Origin: Terriglobia bacterium
GTDB lineage: Bacteria > Acidobacteriota > Terriglobia > Bryobacterales > Bryobacteraceae
Reading direction: 5' to 3'
Length of the DNA stretch: 64,000 nucleotides
Assembly: GCA_963838205.1 (NCBI GenBank)
Contig: CAWIQF010000024.1
Coordinates: forward strand, 20,637 to 84,636
Of the stretch, positions 8,721 to 28,660 are shown one piece after another. Within the stretch, counting starts at the first letter, position 1. Every line of letters starts with the position of its first letter. A program made the position numbers and the translations under genes. The notes under the pieces were generated by a model. The model was not told the DNA's origin. It ran no database searches and saw only the letters and a list, made by a program, of their open reading frames with translations.

Positions 8721-9610
8721 AAGGTGAGACTCCTGCCGGTGAGGCGCGAATAGGCCTCCAGGTACTTCTCCTGGGTCTTACGCACAATCTCGGGCGGAAG
8801 TTCCGGCGCGGGCGGGCGCTTGTCCCAGTCGAGGGTTTCGAGATAGTCGCGCACGAATTGCTTGTCGAAGGAGGGCTGCGGGCCGCCGGGGTGGTAGAGG
8901 TCGGCGGGCCAGAAGCGGGACGAATCTGGGGTCAGCACTTCGTCGGCGAGAATCAAGTCGTCGCCGAGGAAGCCAAATTCAAATTTTGTGTCCGCGAGGA
9001 GAATGCCGCGGGTCAGGGCATAGGCCGAGGCGGTGGAATAGACGGCCAGCGTGGTGTCGCGGAGCCGGCCGGCGAGATCCGCGCCGACAAGCTCGCAGGT
9101 GCGCTCAAAGCCGATGTTCTCGTCGTGGCCGGTCTGGGCTTTGGTGGATGGGGTAAACAATGGTTCGGGCAGGCGTCCGCTTTCCAGAATCCCGGCGGGC
9201 AGCGGGATGCCGCAAACCGACTGGGATTGCTTGTACTCCTTCCACCCGGAGCCGGCCAGATAGCCGCGGGCCACGCACTCGATTTCGACCATGCGCGCGC
9301 GCTTGACGAGCATGGAACGGCCTTCGAGCTGGTCGCGGTACTTATGCAGCTCCACCGGGTAGTCGGCGACGTCGGCCGAGAGCAGGTGGTTGGGCGTGAG
9401 GTCGCGCAGGAGGTCGAACCAGAACAGCGAAACCTGCGTGAGGACGACGCCTTTGCCGGGGATCGGCGAGCCGAGGATGCAGTCGAAGGCGGAGATGCGG
9501 TCGGTGGCGATGAGCAGGATCTGGTCGTCGCCGACGGCGTAAACGTCGCGAACCTTACCGCGGGCGACGAGCGGGAGGTCGGGGATGGAGGTCTGAAATA
9601 CGGTGTGCAT
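8717..9610 (-). CDS. purC: phosphoribosylaminoimidazole-succinocarboxamide (SAICAR) synthase
   Basis: GKVRDVY...[11 protein letters not shown]...ADTKFEFG motifs. Start moved to MHTVFQTS (ATG 9610); the upstream 29 aa of the ORF track are Arg/Pro-rich. Confidence 0.9.
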   Translation of the reverse strand: MHTVFQTSIPDLPLVARGKVRDVYAVGDDQILLIATDRISAFDCILGSPIPGKGVVLTQVSLFWFDLLRDLTPNHLLSADVADYPVELHKYRDQLEGRSMLVKRARMVEIECVARGYLAGSGWKEYKQSQSVCGIPLPAGILESGRLPEPLFTPSTKAQTGHDENIGFERTCELVGADLAGRLRDTTLAVYSTASAYALTRGILLADTKFEFGFLGDDLILADEVLTPDSSRFWPADLYHPGGPQPSFDKQFVRDYLETLDWDKRPPAPELPPEIVRKTQEKYLEAYSRLTGRSLTL

Positions 9611-9779
9611 ATGGGAAGTGAACTTAGAGGCATACCACGCGGCGGGGCGCGTGACAAGTGCGGCGCGGCGGGACGGTGGAAGTCTTGGCCGGAACAAATT
9701 CTATCACTTCTGTTTGATGCGTCTTTTTGCCGGCTGAGTTATACTTAAAAAGTTTGCGACGGGCGCCATACTCGCGTGT

Positions 9780-9868
9780 GGACAGGTGGCTGAGCGGTCA
9801 AAAGCAACGGGCTGTAAACCCGTCGCCCCTTGCGGGCTACTAAGGTTCGAATCCTTACCTGTCCACCA
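9780..9868 (+). tRNA. tRNA-Tyr (anticodon GTA), long variable arm, encoded CCA
   Basis: Acceptor GGACAGG/CCTGTCC. Anticodon stem ACGGG/CCCGT with loop CTGTAAA. T-arm AAGGTTCGAATCCTT. Discriminator A followed by CCA. Confidence 0.85.
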
Positions 9869-9945
9869 TCATTCCCGTTTTTATTCCGCAGGTGGGGATG
9901 GAGGTTTTCGTCCGATTCCCGACTTGCGCTAAAGTAGTAACGAAA

Positions 9946-10021
<76 letters not shown>

Positions 10022-10140
10022 GAGATTCCAACCGCTGTAACCTGCCCCCAGCGCGCCGGAGCGCACGGCTGGCCGTGCGAGTCCAGGGCGAGAGTGGACA
10101 GAAGTCTTTCCGGGCCGGAGCGGAAGTCAGGAGCTTTTCG

Positions 10141-11328
<1,188 letters not shown>

Positions 11329-11459
11329 CCAGGGGACTGCGGCGGGGCGCGCGGGCGCGCCTGGGTTGGACTGGGAACAGCGTTGGGAAGGGCTTCCGGG
11401 GCGGAAAGCGCACAGCCGGGGGCTCACGCGGGTTACGATAAGAAATAGAGTCTGACCAC

Positions 11460-11533
11460 AGGGGGTTAGGTTAAGGGTAGACCCGCGGTCTCCAAAACCG
11501 CTAGTGGGGGTTCGAATCCCTCACCCCCTGCCA
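11460..11533 (+). tRNA. tRNA-Trp (anticodon CCA), encoded CCA
   Basis: Acceptor AGGGGGT/ACCCCCT. Anticodon loop CTCCAAA. T-loop GGTTCGAATCC. Sits in the conserved position between tuf and secE. Confidence 0.85.
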
Positions 11534-11553
11534 GCAGATTTCAGGAGTATCAG

Positions 11554-11805
11554 ATGGGGTCACAGAGCACAACAGCAGCGGCGCCCGGCGGCCAGATCGT
11601 GAACTGGTTCAAGTCGGTCAAGGACTATATCGGCGAGCTGAGAGCCGAGATGCGGCGCGTGACCTGGCCGAGCCGCGTGCAGGTGCAGGCGACCACAGCC
11701 GTGGTGATTATCAGTGTGTTTTTGTTCGCCGCGTATTTTGCCCTGGTCGATGCCCTTCTGGGCAGCACGATTAACAAGATATTCCACGCATTGGCCACCC
11801 GATAG
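11554..11805 (+). CDS. secE: preprotein translocase subunit SecE
   Basis: AGGAG RBS. ELRAEMRRVTWPSRVQV followed by a single TM helix, the SecE hallmark. Position is upstream of nusG. Confidence 0.85.
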   Translation: MGSQSTTAAAPGGQIVNWFKSVKDYIGELRAEMRRVTWPSRVQVQATTAVVIISVFLFAAYFALVDALLGSTINKIFHALATR

Positions 11806-11855
11806 GGGCCATTCAGACGAGCCCCCGCAGGGGACTGTCATGGGGACACGAATCG

Positions 11856-12605
11856 ATGATGTCCGAGAATGAATTGAACAACGAAGAGCAGGCGGTAACG
11901 GACCTGGCAGCCGGGAGTGCGCCCGAGGCGGCGCCGGAGAGCGCGCCCGTGAGCAGCGCGGCGCCGGAAGCGAGTCCGGAGGCCGAGACCGCGGCCGCGA
12001 GCGGCGTAGCCGTGGAATTGCCGGCGGCGCTCGTGGAAGAAGTTCTGGAAGCACCCGCGGTGGATCCCACGGCGGGTATGAACTGGTACATCATTCACAC
12101 CTATTCGGGCTTCGAGAACAAGGTGGCGGAGTCGTTGAAGGCGCGCGCATCAGCCTACGGTTTCATGGAGAAAGTCGGCCAGGTGCTGATCCCGACCGAA
12201 GAGGTCGTGGAGTTGCGCAACGGCAAGAAGGTGACCAGCAAGCGGCTGCTGTATCCGGGCTATGTGCTGGTGCAGATTGCCATGGACGACGAGCTATGGC
12301 ACCAGGTGAAGAACACGCCGCGGGTGACGGGTTTCGTGGGCGGAGGCAATACGCCGGTGCCGCTAAGCGCGGACGAGGTGAATTCGATTCTGTACCGCCA
12401 GGCGAGCTCGGCGGAGCGGCCGCGGCCGAAGCTGACGTTCGAGAAGAATGAGACGGTGCGCATCGTGGATGGTCCGTTCACGAACTTCTCGGGCAAGGTG
12501 GAAGACATCAACTCGGAGCGCAATACGCTGCGGGTGATGGTGACGATTTTCGGGCGCTCGACGCCTGTGGAACTGGATTTTCTGCAGGTTGAAAAGATCG
12601 CCTAG
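11856..12605 (+). CDS. nusG: transcription termination/antitermination factor NusG with ~74-aa acidic Ala/Pro/Glu-rich N-terminal extension
   Basis: NGN domain starts at [16 protein letters not shown]; KOW domain is [20 protein letters not shown]. The extension keeps the GC3-rich coding pattern and closes the gap to secE to 50 nt. Confidence 0.9.
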   Translation: MMSENELNNEEQAVTDLAAGSAPEAAPESAPVSSAAPEASPEAETAAASGVAVELPAALVEEVLEAPAVDPTAGMNWYIIHTYSGFENKVAESLKARASAYGFMEKVGQVLIPTEEVVELRNGKKVTSKRLLYPGYVLVQIAMDDELWHQVKNTPRVTGFVGGGNTPVPLSADEVNSILYRQASSAERPRPKLTFEKNETVRIVDGPFTNFSGKVEDINSERNTLRVMVTIFGRSTPVELDFLQVEKIA

Positions 12606-12650
12606 CAGCGCGCGCACGAGAGAGTTTTTGAAAGTAGAAGGTTAGAGAGC

Positions 12651-13082
12651 ATGGCAAAGAAGATCAACGCAGTGGTGAAGCTGCAAATTCCAGCGGGTAA
12701 GGCGACGCCGGCGCCGCCCGTGGGTACCGCCCTGGGTCCCCAGGGCGTCAACATCATGGAGTTCTGCAAGGCGTATAACGCCAAGACATCGGCCAAGGAA
12801 CAGGAAGGGCTGATCATCCCGGTGGTGATCACCATTTACAGCGATCGGAGCTTCACGTTCATTACAAAGACGCCGCCCGTCGCGATTCTGGTGAAGAAGG
12901 CTCTGAGTCTGGCCAAAGGCAGCGCCGAGCCCAACAAGAACAAGGTCGGCAAGATCACCATGCAGCAGGTGGAGGAGATCGCCAAGATCAAGCTGCCGGA
13001 CCTGAATTCGTTCAGTCTCGAATCGGCGATGGCGCAGGTCAAGGGCGCATGCCGGAGCATGGGCGTCGAGGTGGTGCAGTAG
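12651..13082 (+). CDS. rplK: 50S ribosomal protein L11
   Basis: [43 protein letters not shown] is a canonical L11 N-terminus. Confidence 0.95.
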   Translation: MAKKINAVVKLQIPAGKATPAPPVGTALGPQGVNIMEFCKAYNAKTSAKEQEGLIIPVVITIYSDRSFTFITKTPPVAILVKKALSLAKGSAEPNKNKVGKITMQQVEEIAKIKLPDLNSFSLESAMAQVKGACRSMGVEVVQ

Positions 13083-13262
13083 TTTTTGGTGCGATGGTGG
13101 CGGCTGGAGGCGACTCCGGCGGCACAGCCGAAGGGTTGGATTTTGCTCCCGCCCTTTGGAAATGCTAATCTAAAAATTCAGGTCTTCCATAACCTCGCAT
13201 TGGGAGGCTGCCGGGCTCGCCGGGCGACCGGGGATGGGCCGGGGCCGTTAGGACCATTCGAT

Positions 13263-13970
13263 ATGTCAAATAAAGCAGGCAAGAAATATACAGCCGCCGC
13301 GGCGCAAGTCGAGGCCAAGCCGTACACGCTGGAGGAAGCGGTTCCGCTGATCCAGAAGATCAAGTTCACAAAGTTCGACGAGACGGTCGAGGTGCACATG
13401 CGCCTGGGCGTCGACCCGAAGCATGCCGACCAGATGGTGCGTGGCACGGTGGTTCTGCCGAACGGTCTGGGCAAGAGCAAGCGGGTACTGGTGATCGCCT
13501 CGGGCGACAAGCAGCGCGAAGCCACGGAAGCCGGCGCCGACTTTGTCGGCGGAGAAGAAATGGTGGCCAAGATCCAGCAGGAAAACTGGCTGGATTACGA
13601 AGCCGTGGTGGCGACGCCAGACATGATGCGCTCGCTGGCCAAACTGGGCAAAATTTTGGGCCCGCGAGGCCTGATGCCGAACCCGAAAACGGGGACGGTG
13701 ACGACCGACGTGGCCAAAGCGGTGACCGAAGTGAAGGCCGGCAAAGTGGAGTTCCGCGTGGACAAGACCGGAGTCATTCACGCGCCCGTCGGCAAGGTGG
13801 GTTTTCAGACGCAGAAGCTGTTCGAGAACGCCAACACGCTGATCCAGGCGGTGGTCAAGGCCAAGCCGGCCGCGGCCAAGGGCAAGTACGTGCGAAGCGT
13901 CACGATCTGCTCGACGATGGGGCCGGGCGTCCATCTGGACGTGACCCCGTTCAACCTCCGGGTGGTCTAG
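13263..13970 (+). CDS. rplA: 50S ribosomal protein L1
   Basis: Start at MSNKAGKKY (ATG 13263). ...[34 protein letters not shown] is canonical L1. The upstream 59 codons of the ORF track are not L1-like. Confidence 0.93.
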   Translation: MSNKAGKKYTAAAAQVEAKPYTLEEAVPLIQKIKFTKFDETVEVHMRLGVDPKHADQMVRGTVVLPNGLGKSKRVLVIASGDKQREATEAGADFVGGEEMVAKIQQENWLDYEAVVATPDMMRSLAKLGKILGPRGLMPNPKTGTVTTDVAKAVTEVKAGKVEFRVDKTGVIHAPVGKVGFQTQKLFENANTLIQAVVKAKPAAAKGKYVRSVTICSTMGPGVHLDVTPFNLRVV

Positions 13971-13995
13971 CGGCGCGCAGTCAGGAATATAAAAG

Positions 13996-14523
13996 ATGAA
14001 AGACAGAAAGCGGAAGCAAGAGGATCTGGACGCGCTGCACAAGGCGCTGGCGGAATCGGCCAACGTCTTCGTGACCGGCTTCAACAAGCTCACAGTGGCG
14101 CAGGACTACGAGTTGCGCAAAGCGGTGCGCCAGGTGGGCGGCTTGTATGAAGTCGTGAAAAACACGCTGGCCGGGAAGGCATCGGCGGGAACGCCGGCCG
14201 AGGAAGCGTTGAAGGATCTGAAGGGCATGTCGGCGGTCGCTTATACCAAGGGCGATCCGGTCACGCTGTGCAAAGTGCTGACGGCGTACGGCAAGGCCAA
14301 TCCAACGTTCGCGTTCAAGGCGGGCGTGGTGGAGGGCCGGGTGATCAACCTGGCCGACATCAAGGATCTGGCGAACATGCCGTCCAAGGAAGCGATCTAC
14401 GCCCAACTGCTGTACGTGATCAACGCACCGGCGCAGCGCCTGGTGACGGCGATTGGCGGGGTGGGCCGGAATCTGGCCGTGGTGCTCGACCAGGGCGTGC
14501 AGGAAAACAAATTCTCCTCCTAG
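13996..14523 (+). CDS. rplJ: 50S ribosomal protein L10
   Basis: 175 aa with an L10-like sequence (..VFVTGFNKLTVAQDYELRKAVRQVGG..) and conserved position before rplL. Confidence 0.93.
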   Translation: MKDRKRKQEDLDALHKALAESANVFVTGFNKLTVAQDYELRKAVRQVGGLYEVVKNTLAGKASAGTPAEEALKDLKGMSAVAYTKGDPVTLCKVLTAYGKANPTFAFKAGVVEGRVINLADIKDLANMPSKEAIYAQLLYVINAPAQRLVTAIGGVGRNLAVVLDQGVQENKFSS

Positions 14524-14587
14524 CCGGGGCGGGGCCTCGAACGGGAGCGTTGTGGGACGATTTTTCGGATAGGGAGTACGGACAAAG

Positions 14588-14971
14588 ATGGCTGACATCA
14601 ACTCGATTGCTGAGCAAATCCAGGGCCTGACGCTTCTGGAGGCCTCCCAGCTGGTGAAGCTGCTGGAGGAGAAGTTGGGTGTAAGCGCCGCGGCAGCGGC
14701 GGTGGCAGTGGCCGCTCCGGCCGCGGGTGCGGCGGCAGCCGCCGCCGTGGTTGAGGAGAAGACCGAGTTCACCGTGGTTCTGACCGCAGTCGGCGCCAAT
14801 AAAATCAACGTCATCAAGGCAGTGCGCGAAGTCACCAGCCTGGGACTGAAAGAAGCCAAGGATCTGGTCGAGGCCGCTCCGAAGCCGATCAAGGAAGGCG
14901 TCAACAAGGGCGAGGCGGAGACGATCAAGAAGAAGTTCGTCGACGCCGGCGCGACTGTCGAGATCAAGTAG
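14588..14971 (+). CDS. rplL: 50S ribosomal protein L7/L12
   Basis: Ala-rich hinge and C-terminal ...[53 protein letters not shown]. Confidence 0.95.
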   Translation: MADINSIAEQIQGLTLLEASQLVKLLEEKLGVSAAAAAVAVAAPAAGAAAAAAVVEEKTEFTVVLTAVGANKINVIKAVREVTSLGLKEAKDLVEAAPKPIKEGVNKGEAETIKKKFVDAGATVEIK

Positions 14972-15154
14972 CGCCAGTTTACTCCGCGGGCGCGGCGTAA
15001 TCGGGATGAGCGCGGGCCGGCTGGGCTCGCGCTGGAAGGGACAGTCTACGGGCAGGGCGCAGACGCGACAGGCCGGGACCGGGTGGGTAGCGGGGAGCGG
15101 TGTGTACCGCGCCGTCGGGAATTGCCCAGTGGTCCAGGCTCGGCGAGCTGGGCT

Positions 15155-15184
15155 TTGACGTAGCTGTTTCCTTTTTGTTAAACT
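15155..15184 (+). promoter_or_regulatory. candidate internal promoter TTGACG-N18-TAAACT in the rplL-rpoB spacer
   Basis: Hexamers read directly from the sequence inside an AT-rich patch of an otherwise GC-rich 541-nt spacer. The -10 word is the same as at 7931 and 41832. Confidence 0.3.
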
Positions 15185-15512
15185 CAAATTAATCGAGCCG
15201 GAAGCTGAGCTGGGGATTATAGCCTCTGTGCGACTGAAGACATTGCCGGAGACCACCTTCAGTACGCGCTGTGCCGTGGGTGTGCCTGCGCCTGCGTTCG
15301 CGCCTTATTCCTCGACATTTTCGCTCACAGCGGATGGCTTGATTGCGCCCTTGGTGACAGACGTTCCTGCACCGGGCATCTCCAAGACAACTAGATACGG
15401 TAACGGTTCCGCCGGGCTAGCCTAGGCTGCCTGGCAGTTTGGACCAGGGAGATCGGAGGGTTTCCCACCTGCGCGTTCTGGCCGCGCGGGCCCGCCTTCC
15501 AAGGAGCGCACA

Positions 15513-19853
<4,341 letters not shown>

Positions 19854-19879
19854 GGATCCGGAACGAACAGGAGGCAAAC

Positions 19880-24109
<4,230 letters not shown>

Positions 24110-24132
24110 CGCGCTCAACCAACGTGTTCGAC

Positions 24133-24164
24133 GAAGAGGCCGGGGCGCAAGTCCCGGCCTCTTC
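24133..24164 (+). terminator. strong GC hairpin after rpoC (probable terminator, no clear T-tract)
   Basis: GAAGAGGCCGGG-gcgcaagt-CCCGGCCTCTTC, a perfect 12-bp stem 24 nt after the rpoC stop. It is followed by CCATTC rather than a U-run. Confidence 0.5.
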
Positions 24165-24328
24165 CCATTCTGCCGGCAATCCATCTCAGAGCAGTTTGGC
24201 TGGTCCGATTGTTGACCATGCCCGCGGAGTGAGCTTCAACCGCGCGTCCATCATGATTTGCGACCGCCGCTGCTTCCGGGGTCGTGGAACGCATATGATG
24301 GAAGACCGTAAGGCCGCAGCCGGAACCC

Positions 24329-25441
24329 ATGACCTCACGCCAGCGCGTCTACGCCGCTCTCCGTCGCGAGCCCGCCGATCGGGTCCCGATCTTCATGTGG
24401 TTTCATCCCGACACGGCCCGCCATCTCGCCTCTCTGCTGGAGATTCCGGCCGCGCACGTGCCCGAGGCCATGGGCAACGACATCCGCCAGACCTGGGTCA
24501 ACAACAACTACGCCATGGAAGGCATCGTGCACCGCCGCGACGGCGACTCGCACCTCGACTTCTGGGGCGTGAAGTGGGTCAAGCGCCACTCGTTTAACCA
24601 GATCGAAGCCTTCCCGCTGGCCTCGGCCACCCGCGAGCAGGTGCTCGCATACCGCTTCCCGGAGGAGCACATCGAGTTCCTGCTGGGCCTCATGCACCCC
24701 GTCCTCAGCGACCGCAGTGATTTCTTCGTCGGTTGCGATGTCTCCCCCTGCGTCTTTGAAATGTACTGGCGCCTGCGCGGCATGGAGAACTCTCTGCTGG
24801 ACATGGCATCCGATCCGGAACTCGCTACGGAGATGCTCTCGCGCTGCGCCGATTTCGCCATCCAGGTCGGTGAGAAAGCTTGCGATCGATTCCCGCTCGA
24901 TTGGTTCTGGACCGGGGACGACGTCGCTGGCCAGACGTCGATGATGATGTCCCCGTCCTTGTGGCGCAAGCTCGTCAAGCCTCCGCTCAAGCGCGTTTTC
25001 AAGGCCGGCAGAGCGCACCATCTCCCGGTCGCCTATCACTGCTGCGGTGCGCTGCGGCCGATCATTCCCGACCTGATTGAGATGGGCTTGAACGTGTTGA
25101 ACCCGGTTCAGGCCAATTGCCCCGGCATGGACGCGCTGGAGCTCAAGCGCGAATTCGGTTCCGCGCTCACTTTCATGGGCGGCGTCGATACGCAGGACCT
25201 ATTGCCGAACGGTTCGGCCGCCGAAGTCCGCCGCGCCACGGTCCGTCTGCTCTCCGGCATGACCTCCGACGGCGGTGGCTACATCCTCGCCGCCTCGCAC
25301 ACGATTCCGCCCGAAACTCCTGACGACAATATCTTCGCCATGTACGCCGCGGCCGGCGTGGGCCGCGAAGACATCTTCGACCGCGCCGCGCAGATCAGGA
25401 TACGGCTCGCCGGCGCGGGCTCCGCGCTTCGTCTGGTCTAA
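24329..25441 (+). CDS. uroporphyrinogen decarboxylase (URO-D) family protein, MtaA/CmuA-like
   Basis: N-terminus [24 protein letters not shown] and ...[18 protein letters not shown]... resemble URO-D-like family members. True substrate is unknown. Confidence 0.7.
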   Translation: MTSRQRVYAALRREPADRVPIFMWFHPDTARHLASLLEIPAAHVPEAMGNDIRQTWVNNNYAMEGIVHRRDGDSHLDFWGVKWVKRHSFNQIEAFPLASATREQVLAYRFPEEHIEFLLGLMHPVLSDRSDFFVGCDVSPCVFEMYWRLRGMENSLLDMASDPELATEMLSRCADFAIQVGEKACDRFPLDWFWTGDDVAGQTSMMMSPSLWRKLVKPPLKRVFKAGRAHHLPVAYHCCGALRPIIPDLIEMGLNVLNPVQANCPGMDALELKREFGSALTFMGGVDTQDLLPNGSAAEVRRATVRLLSGMTSDGGGYILAASHTIPPETPDDNIFAMYAAAGVGREDIFDRAAQIRIRLAGAGSALRLV

Positions 25442-27393
25442 TCGTCGTCCGGCTGGCGCAGCCGCGTGATCACGCTGAGGTCTTCCAGCGTCGTCGTGTC
25501 GCCGTGCACCTCGCCGCCGAGCGCCACTTCGCGCAGCAGCCGCCGCATGATCTTGCCACTGCGCGTCTTCGGCAGCGCCTCGCTGAAACGGATGTCGTCG
25601 GGCTTGGCCAGCGAGCCGATCTCCTTGCCCACCCACTGCCGCAGCTCCTCTTTGAGTTCGTTCGTCGCCGCGTAGCCTTCCTGCAGCGTGACGAAGGCCG
25701 CGATCGCCTGCCCCTTGATCTCGTCGGGACGCCCTACCACCGCGGCTTCGGCGACTTTGGGATGCGCCACCAGCGCGCTCTCGACCTCCATCGTGCTCAG
25801 CCGGTGGCCCGAGACGTTCAGCACGTCGTCGATGCGGCCCATGATCCACAGGTATCCGTCGGCGTCCTTGCGCGCGCCGTCTCCCGTGAAGTACACGCCC
25901 GCGATCTGCGAAAAATACGCCGACTGGTAGCGCGCCGGATCGCCGTAGATCGTTCGCAGCATCGACGGCCACGGCCGCCGCACCACCAGGAAACCGCCCG
26001 AGCCCGGCGGCACCGGGTTGCCGTCCTTGTCCACCACCTCCGCCGCGATGCCCGGCAGCGGCCTCGTCGCCGAGCCCGGTTTGGTTGGCGTGGCGCCCGG
26101 CAGCGGCGATACCATGATCGCCCCGGTCTCAGTCTGCCACCACGTGTCCACGATCGGGCAGCGGTTGCGCCCGATCACGTCGCGATACCACATCCAGGCC
26201 TCGGGATTGATCGGCTCGCCCACCGTGCCCAGCAGCCGCAGCGACTTCATCGCGTAGCGCCGCGGATGCTCCTCGCCCAGCCGCATGCACGCCCGTAGCG
26301 CGGTCGGCGCAGTGTACAAAATGTTCACTTTATGTTTTTCGACGATCCGCCAGAACCGGTCCGGTCCGGGATGGAACGGCGCGCCCTCGTACATCAGCAC
26401 CGTCGCCCCGTTCTGCAGCGGCCCGTAGACGATGTAGCTGTGCCCGGTCACCCAGCCGATGTCCGCCGTGCACCAGAAAACGTCCTCGTCCTTCAGGTCG
26501 AAGACCCACTGCGCGCTCTTGTACGTGCCCACCGCGTAGCCGCCCGTCGTGTGCAGGATGCCCTTCGGCTTGCCCGTCGTGCCCGACGTGTACAGCAGGT
26601 ACAACGGATGCTCGGCGTCGAGCGGAATCGCCGGACACTCGTCCGAGGCCGTCTCCATCAGCTCGTGCCACCACAGGTCGCGCCCCGGCACCATCGTCTG
26701 CGGGCTACCGGTGCGCTGGTACACCACCACCTTGCGTACCGTCGGGCACGCCTTCAGCGCCTCGTCCACCACCGGCTTCAATTTCAGCTCCTGCCCGCGC
26801 CGCAGCGCCCCGTCCTGCGTGATCACGCACGCCGCCTGGCAGTCGTTGATCCGGTCCGCCAGCGCCGTCGCCGAGAAGCCGCCGAAGACCACCGTGTGGG
26901 GCGCGCCGATTCGCGCGCAGGCCAGCATGGCGATCGGCAGTGCCGGGCACATCCCCATGTAAATCGCCACCCGCTCACCGGTGCTCACGCCGATCGACTT
27001 CAGCACGTTGGCGAACCGGCACACCTCGTCGTGCAGTTGCTGATACGTCAGCGTCCGCACCTCGCCCGGCTCGGACTCCCAGATCAGCGCGGCCTTGTTC
27101 CGCCGCGGCCCCGCCAGGTGCCGGTCCAGACAGTTGTAGCTCAGGTTCATCTCCCCGCCGGAAAACCACTTGGCGAACGGCGGATCCCACTCCAGCACCT
27201 TGTCCCAACGCTTGAACCAGTGCAGTTCCGCCGCAATCCGGCCCCAGAATCCCTCCGGATCGCTCTCCGCCTCGCGGCACAGGGCCTCGTACGCCTCCAT
27301 GCTGCCGACATGCGCGGCCGCGCTGAACTCCGGCGGCGGCGGAAAAACGCGATCTTCGTGCAGCACCGAGTCGATCGATCCTTGCTGGCTCAT
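25438..27393 (-). CDS. acs: acetyl-CoA synthetase (acetate--CoA ligase)
   Basis: 651 aa with [14 protein letters not shown]-binding motif, WWQTETG, and C-terminal ...[15 protein letters not shown]. Confidence 0.93.
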   Translation of the reverse strand: MSQQGSIDSVLHEDRVFPPPPEFSAAAHVGSMEAYEALCREAESDPEGFWGRIAAELHWFKRWDKVLEWDPPFAKWFSGGEMNLSYNCLDRHLAGPRRNKAALIWESEPGEVRTLTYQQLHDEVCRFANVLKSIGVSTGERVAIYMGMCPALPIAMLACARIGAPHTVVFGGFSATALADRINDCQAACVITQDGALRRGQELKLKPVVDEALKACPTVRKVVVYQRTGSPQTMVPGRDLWWHELMETASDECPAIPLDAEHPLYLLYTSGTTGKPKGILHTTGGYAVGTYKSAQWVFDLKDEDVFWCTADIGWVTGHSYIVYGPLQNGATVLMYEGAPFHPGPDRFWRIVEKHKVNILYTAPTALRACMRLGEEHPRRYAMKSLRLLGTVGEPINPEAWMWYRDVIGRNRCPIVDTWWQTETGAIMVSPLPGATPTKPGSATRPLPGIAAEVVDKDGNPVPPGSGGFLVVRRPWPSMLRTIYGDPARYQSAYFSQIAGVYFTGDGARKDADGYLWIMGRIDDVLNVSGHRLSTMEVESALVAHPKVAEAAVVGRPDEIKGQAIAAFVTLQEGYAATNELKEELRQWVGKEIGSLAKPDDIRFSEALPKTRSGKIMRRLLREVALGGEVHGDTTTLEDLSVITRLRQPDDD

Positions 27394-27548
27394 TCGTTAC
27401 CTCTCGTTGCAGGATAATACGAGTCCGCATCGCGGCGGGCGCCGTTTTTGCGACGCGCCACAGCCGGAACCGGTCTCGCCACGTCCGCTCTTCCCGCTTC
27501 AGCCGTGCGAGCCTTTGTTGCATACTGAGATTCAGCTCAGGAGAACCC

Positions 27549-28430
27549 ATGCCCTTTTGCTCAGGCTGCGGAAACGATCTGGCCGCAACCGCCCGTTTCT
27601 GCCCGCGCTGCGGCACACCTCTCGCCGCCGGCGCCGCCCCGGCTCCGGATTCAGCCTCGTTTGCCCAGGCTCCCGAGCCGCTGGATTACACCATCCAGGG
27701 CGACAACCTGCAGGTCGCCCGCATCCAGCTCAAGCCCGGCCAAGAGATCTATGCCGAAGCCGGCAAAATGATCTACAAAACCCCCAGCGTCTTCTGGGAA
27801 ACCCGCATGAGCGGCCACTCGATCGGCGACCGGATCCTGGGCGCGCTCAAGCGCAAACTGATGGGCGCCTCGCTGTTCCTCACCTACTTCAGAACGACCG
27901 GCGCGGGCGGGGAAGTCGGCTTCGCCGGCAACTATCCCGGCAAAATCCAGGCCTTCCCCCTCGTGGCCGGCCAGACCCTCCTGGTCCAGCGCGACGGCTT
28001 CCTGTTCGCCCAGTCGCCGGTCCGCCTCGACATCGCCTTCGTCCGGAAACTGGGCGCCGGCTTCTTCGGCGGCGAGGGTTTCATCCTCGAAAAACTCACC
28101 GGCCCGGGCGTCGTCTTCGTCCACGCCGGCGGCGATTTCATCGAATTCAACCTCGCGCCTGCCGAGACCCTGCAGGTCGAGTCCGGCCATATCGTCGCCT
28201 TCGAGGAAAGCGTGGGGTACGACATTCAGTTCGTCGGCGGCATCCAAACCGCCATGTTCGGCGGCGAGGGCTTGTTCCTGGCCACCCTCACCGGTCCCGG
28301 CAAGGTCGTTGTCCAAAGCCTGACCCTGTCCAAGCTGCGCCGCGAGCTCGCTCCGCGCCTGTTCCGCGGCCGCGCCCGCGACCGCCAGGGTTTCGACACC
28401 TTTAACGGCCTCTTCTCGAGCGACGATTAA
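27549..28430 (+). CDS. AIM24/TIGR00266-family protein with N-terminal zinc-ribbon
   Basis: N-terminal CSGCGN-x11-CPRCG ribbon. The body (YTIQGDNLQVARIQLKPGQEIYAEAGKMIYK...GEGLFLATLTGPGKVVVQSL) matches the AIM24/DUF124 pattern. Confidence 0.7.
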   Translation: MPFCSGCGNDLAATARFCPRCGTPLAAGAAPAPDSASFAQAPEPLDYTIQGDNLQVARIQLKPGQEIYAEAGKMIYKTPSVFWETRMSGHSIGDRILGALKRKLMGASLFLTYFRTTGAGGEVGFAGNYPGKIQAFPLVAGQTLLVQRDGFLFAQSPVRLDIAFVRKLGAGFFGGEGFILEKLTGPGVVFVHAGGDFIEFNLAPAETLQVESGHIVAFEESVGYDIQFVGGIQTAMFGGEGLFLATLTGPGKVVVQSLTLSKLRRELAPRLFRGRARDRQGFDTFNGLFSSDD

Positions 28431-28660
28431 ACCATCTGACCGCGATCCGCCACCGCGCCGCAGCGGGCAAACACCGCGTTCTTACCGTCGCCGCACGGTG
28501 TTTTCGCGGTGCCGGCACGGTGTTTCTCCCGCCACCACGCCGCTTTCTCCCCGCCCGGCGCCCGCGCCATCGCTGAGATTCCGTCCAATCCGCACTCTTT
28601 GGCTAAAGAGTTGTGCATTGCGTCCGATTGATGAAGTAGACGGCCAAAGCCCGCATTGAG

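Noticed and set aside
11329-11553. Expected rpmG (L33) between tuf and secE, and a tRNA-Gly between tRNA-Tyr and tRNA-Thr, as in many bacteria.
   Set aside because: No L33-like ORF (Cys-rich, ~50 aa) fits in the 130-nt tuf / tRNA-Trp gap, and no third cloverleaf fits in 9869..9945. This is recorded as an absence, not a feature. rpmG is presumably elsewhere in the genome.
13086-13262. 59-codon N-terminal extension of rplA in the ORF track.
   Set aside because: It is not L1-like ([18 protein letters not shown]...). L1 homology starts at MSNKAGKKY. The region is treated as a non-coding spacer instead.
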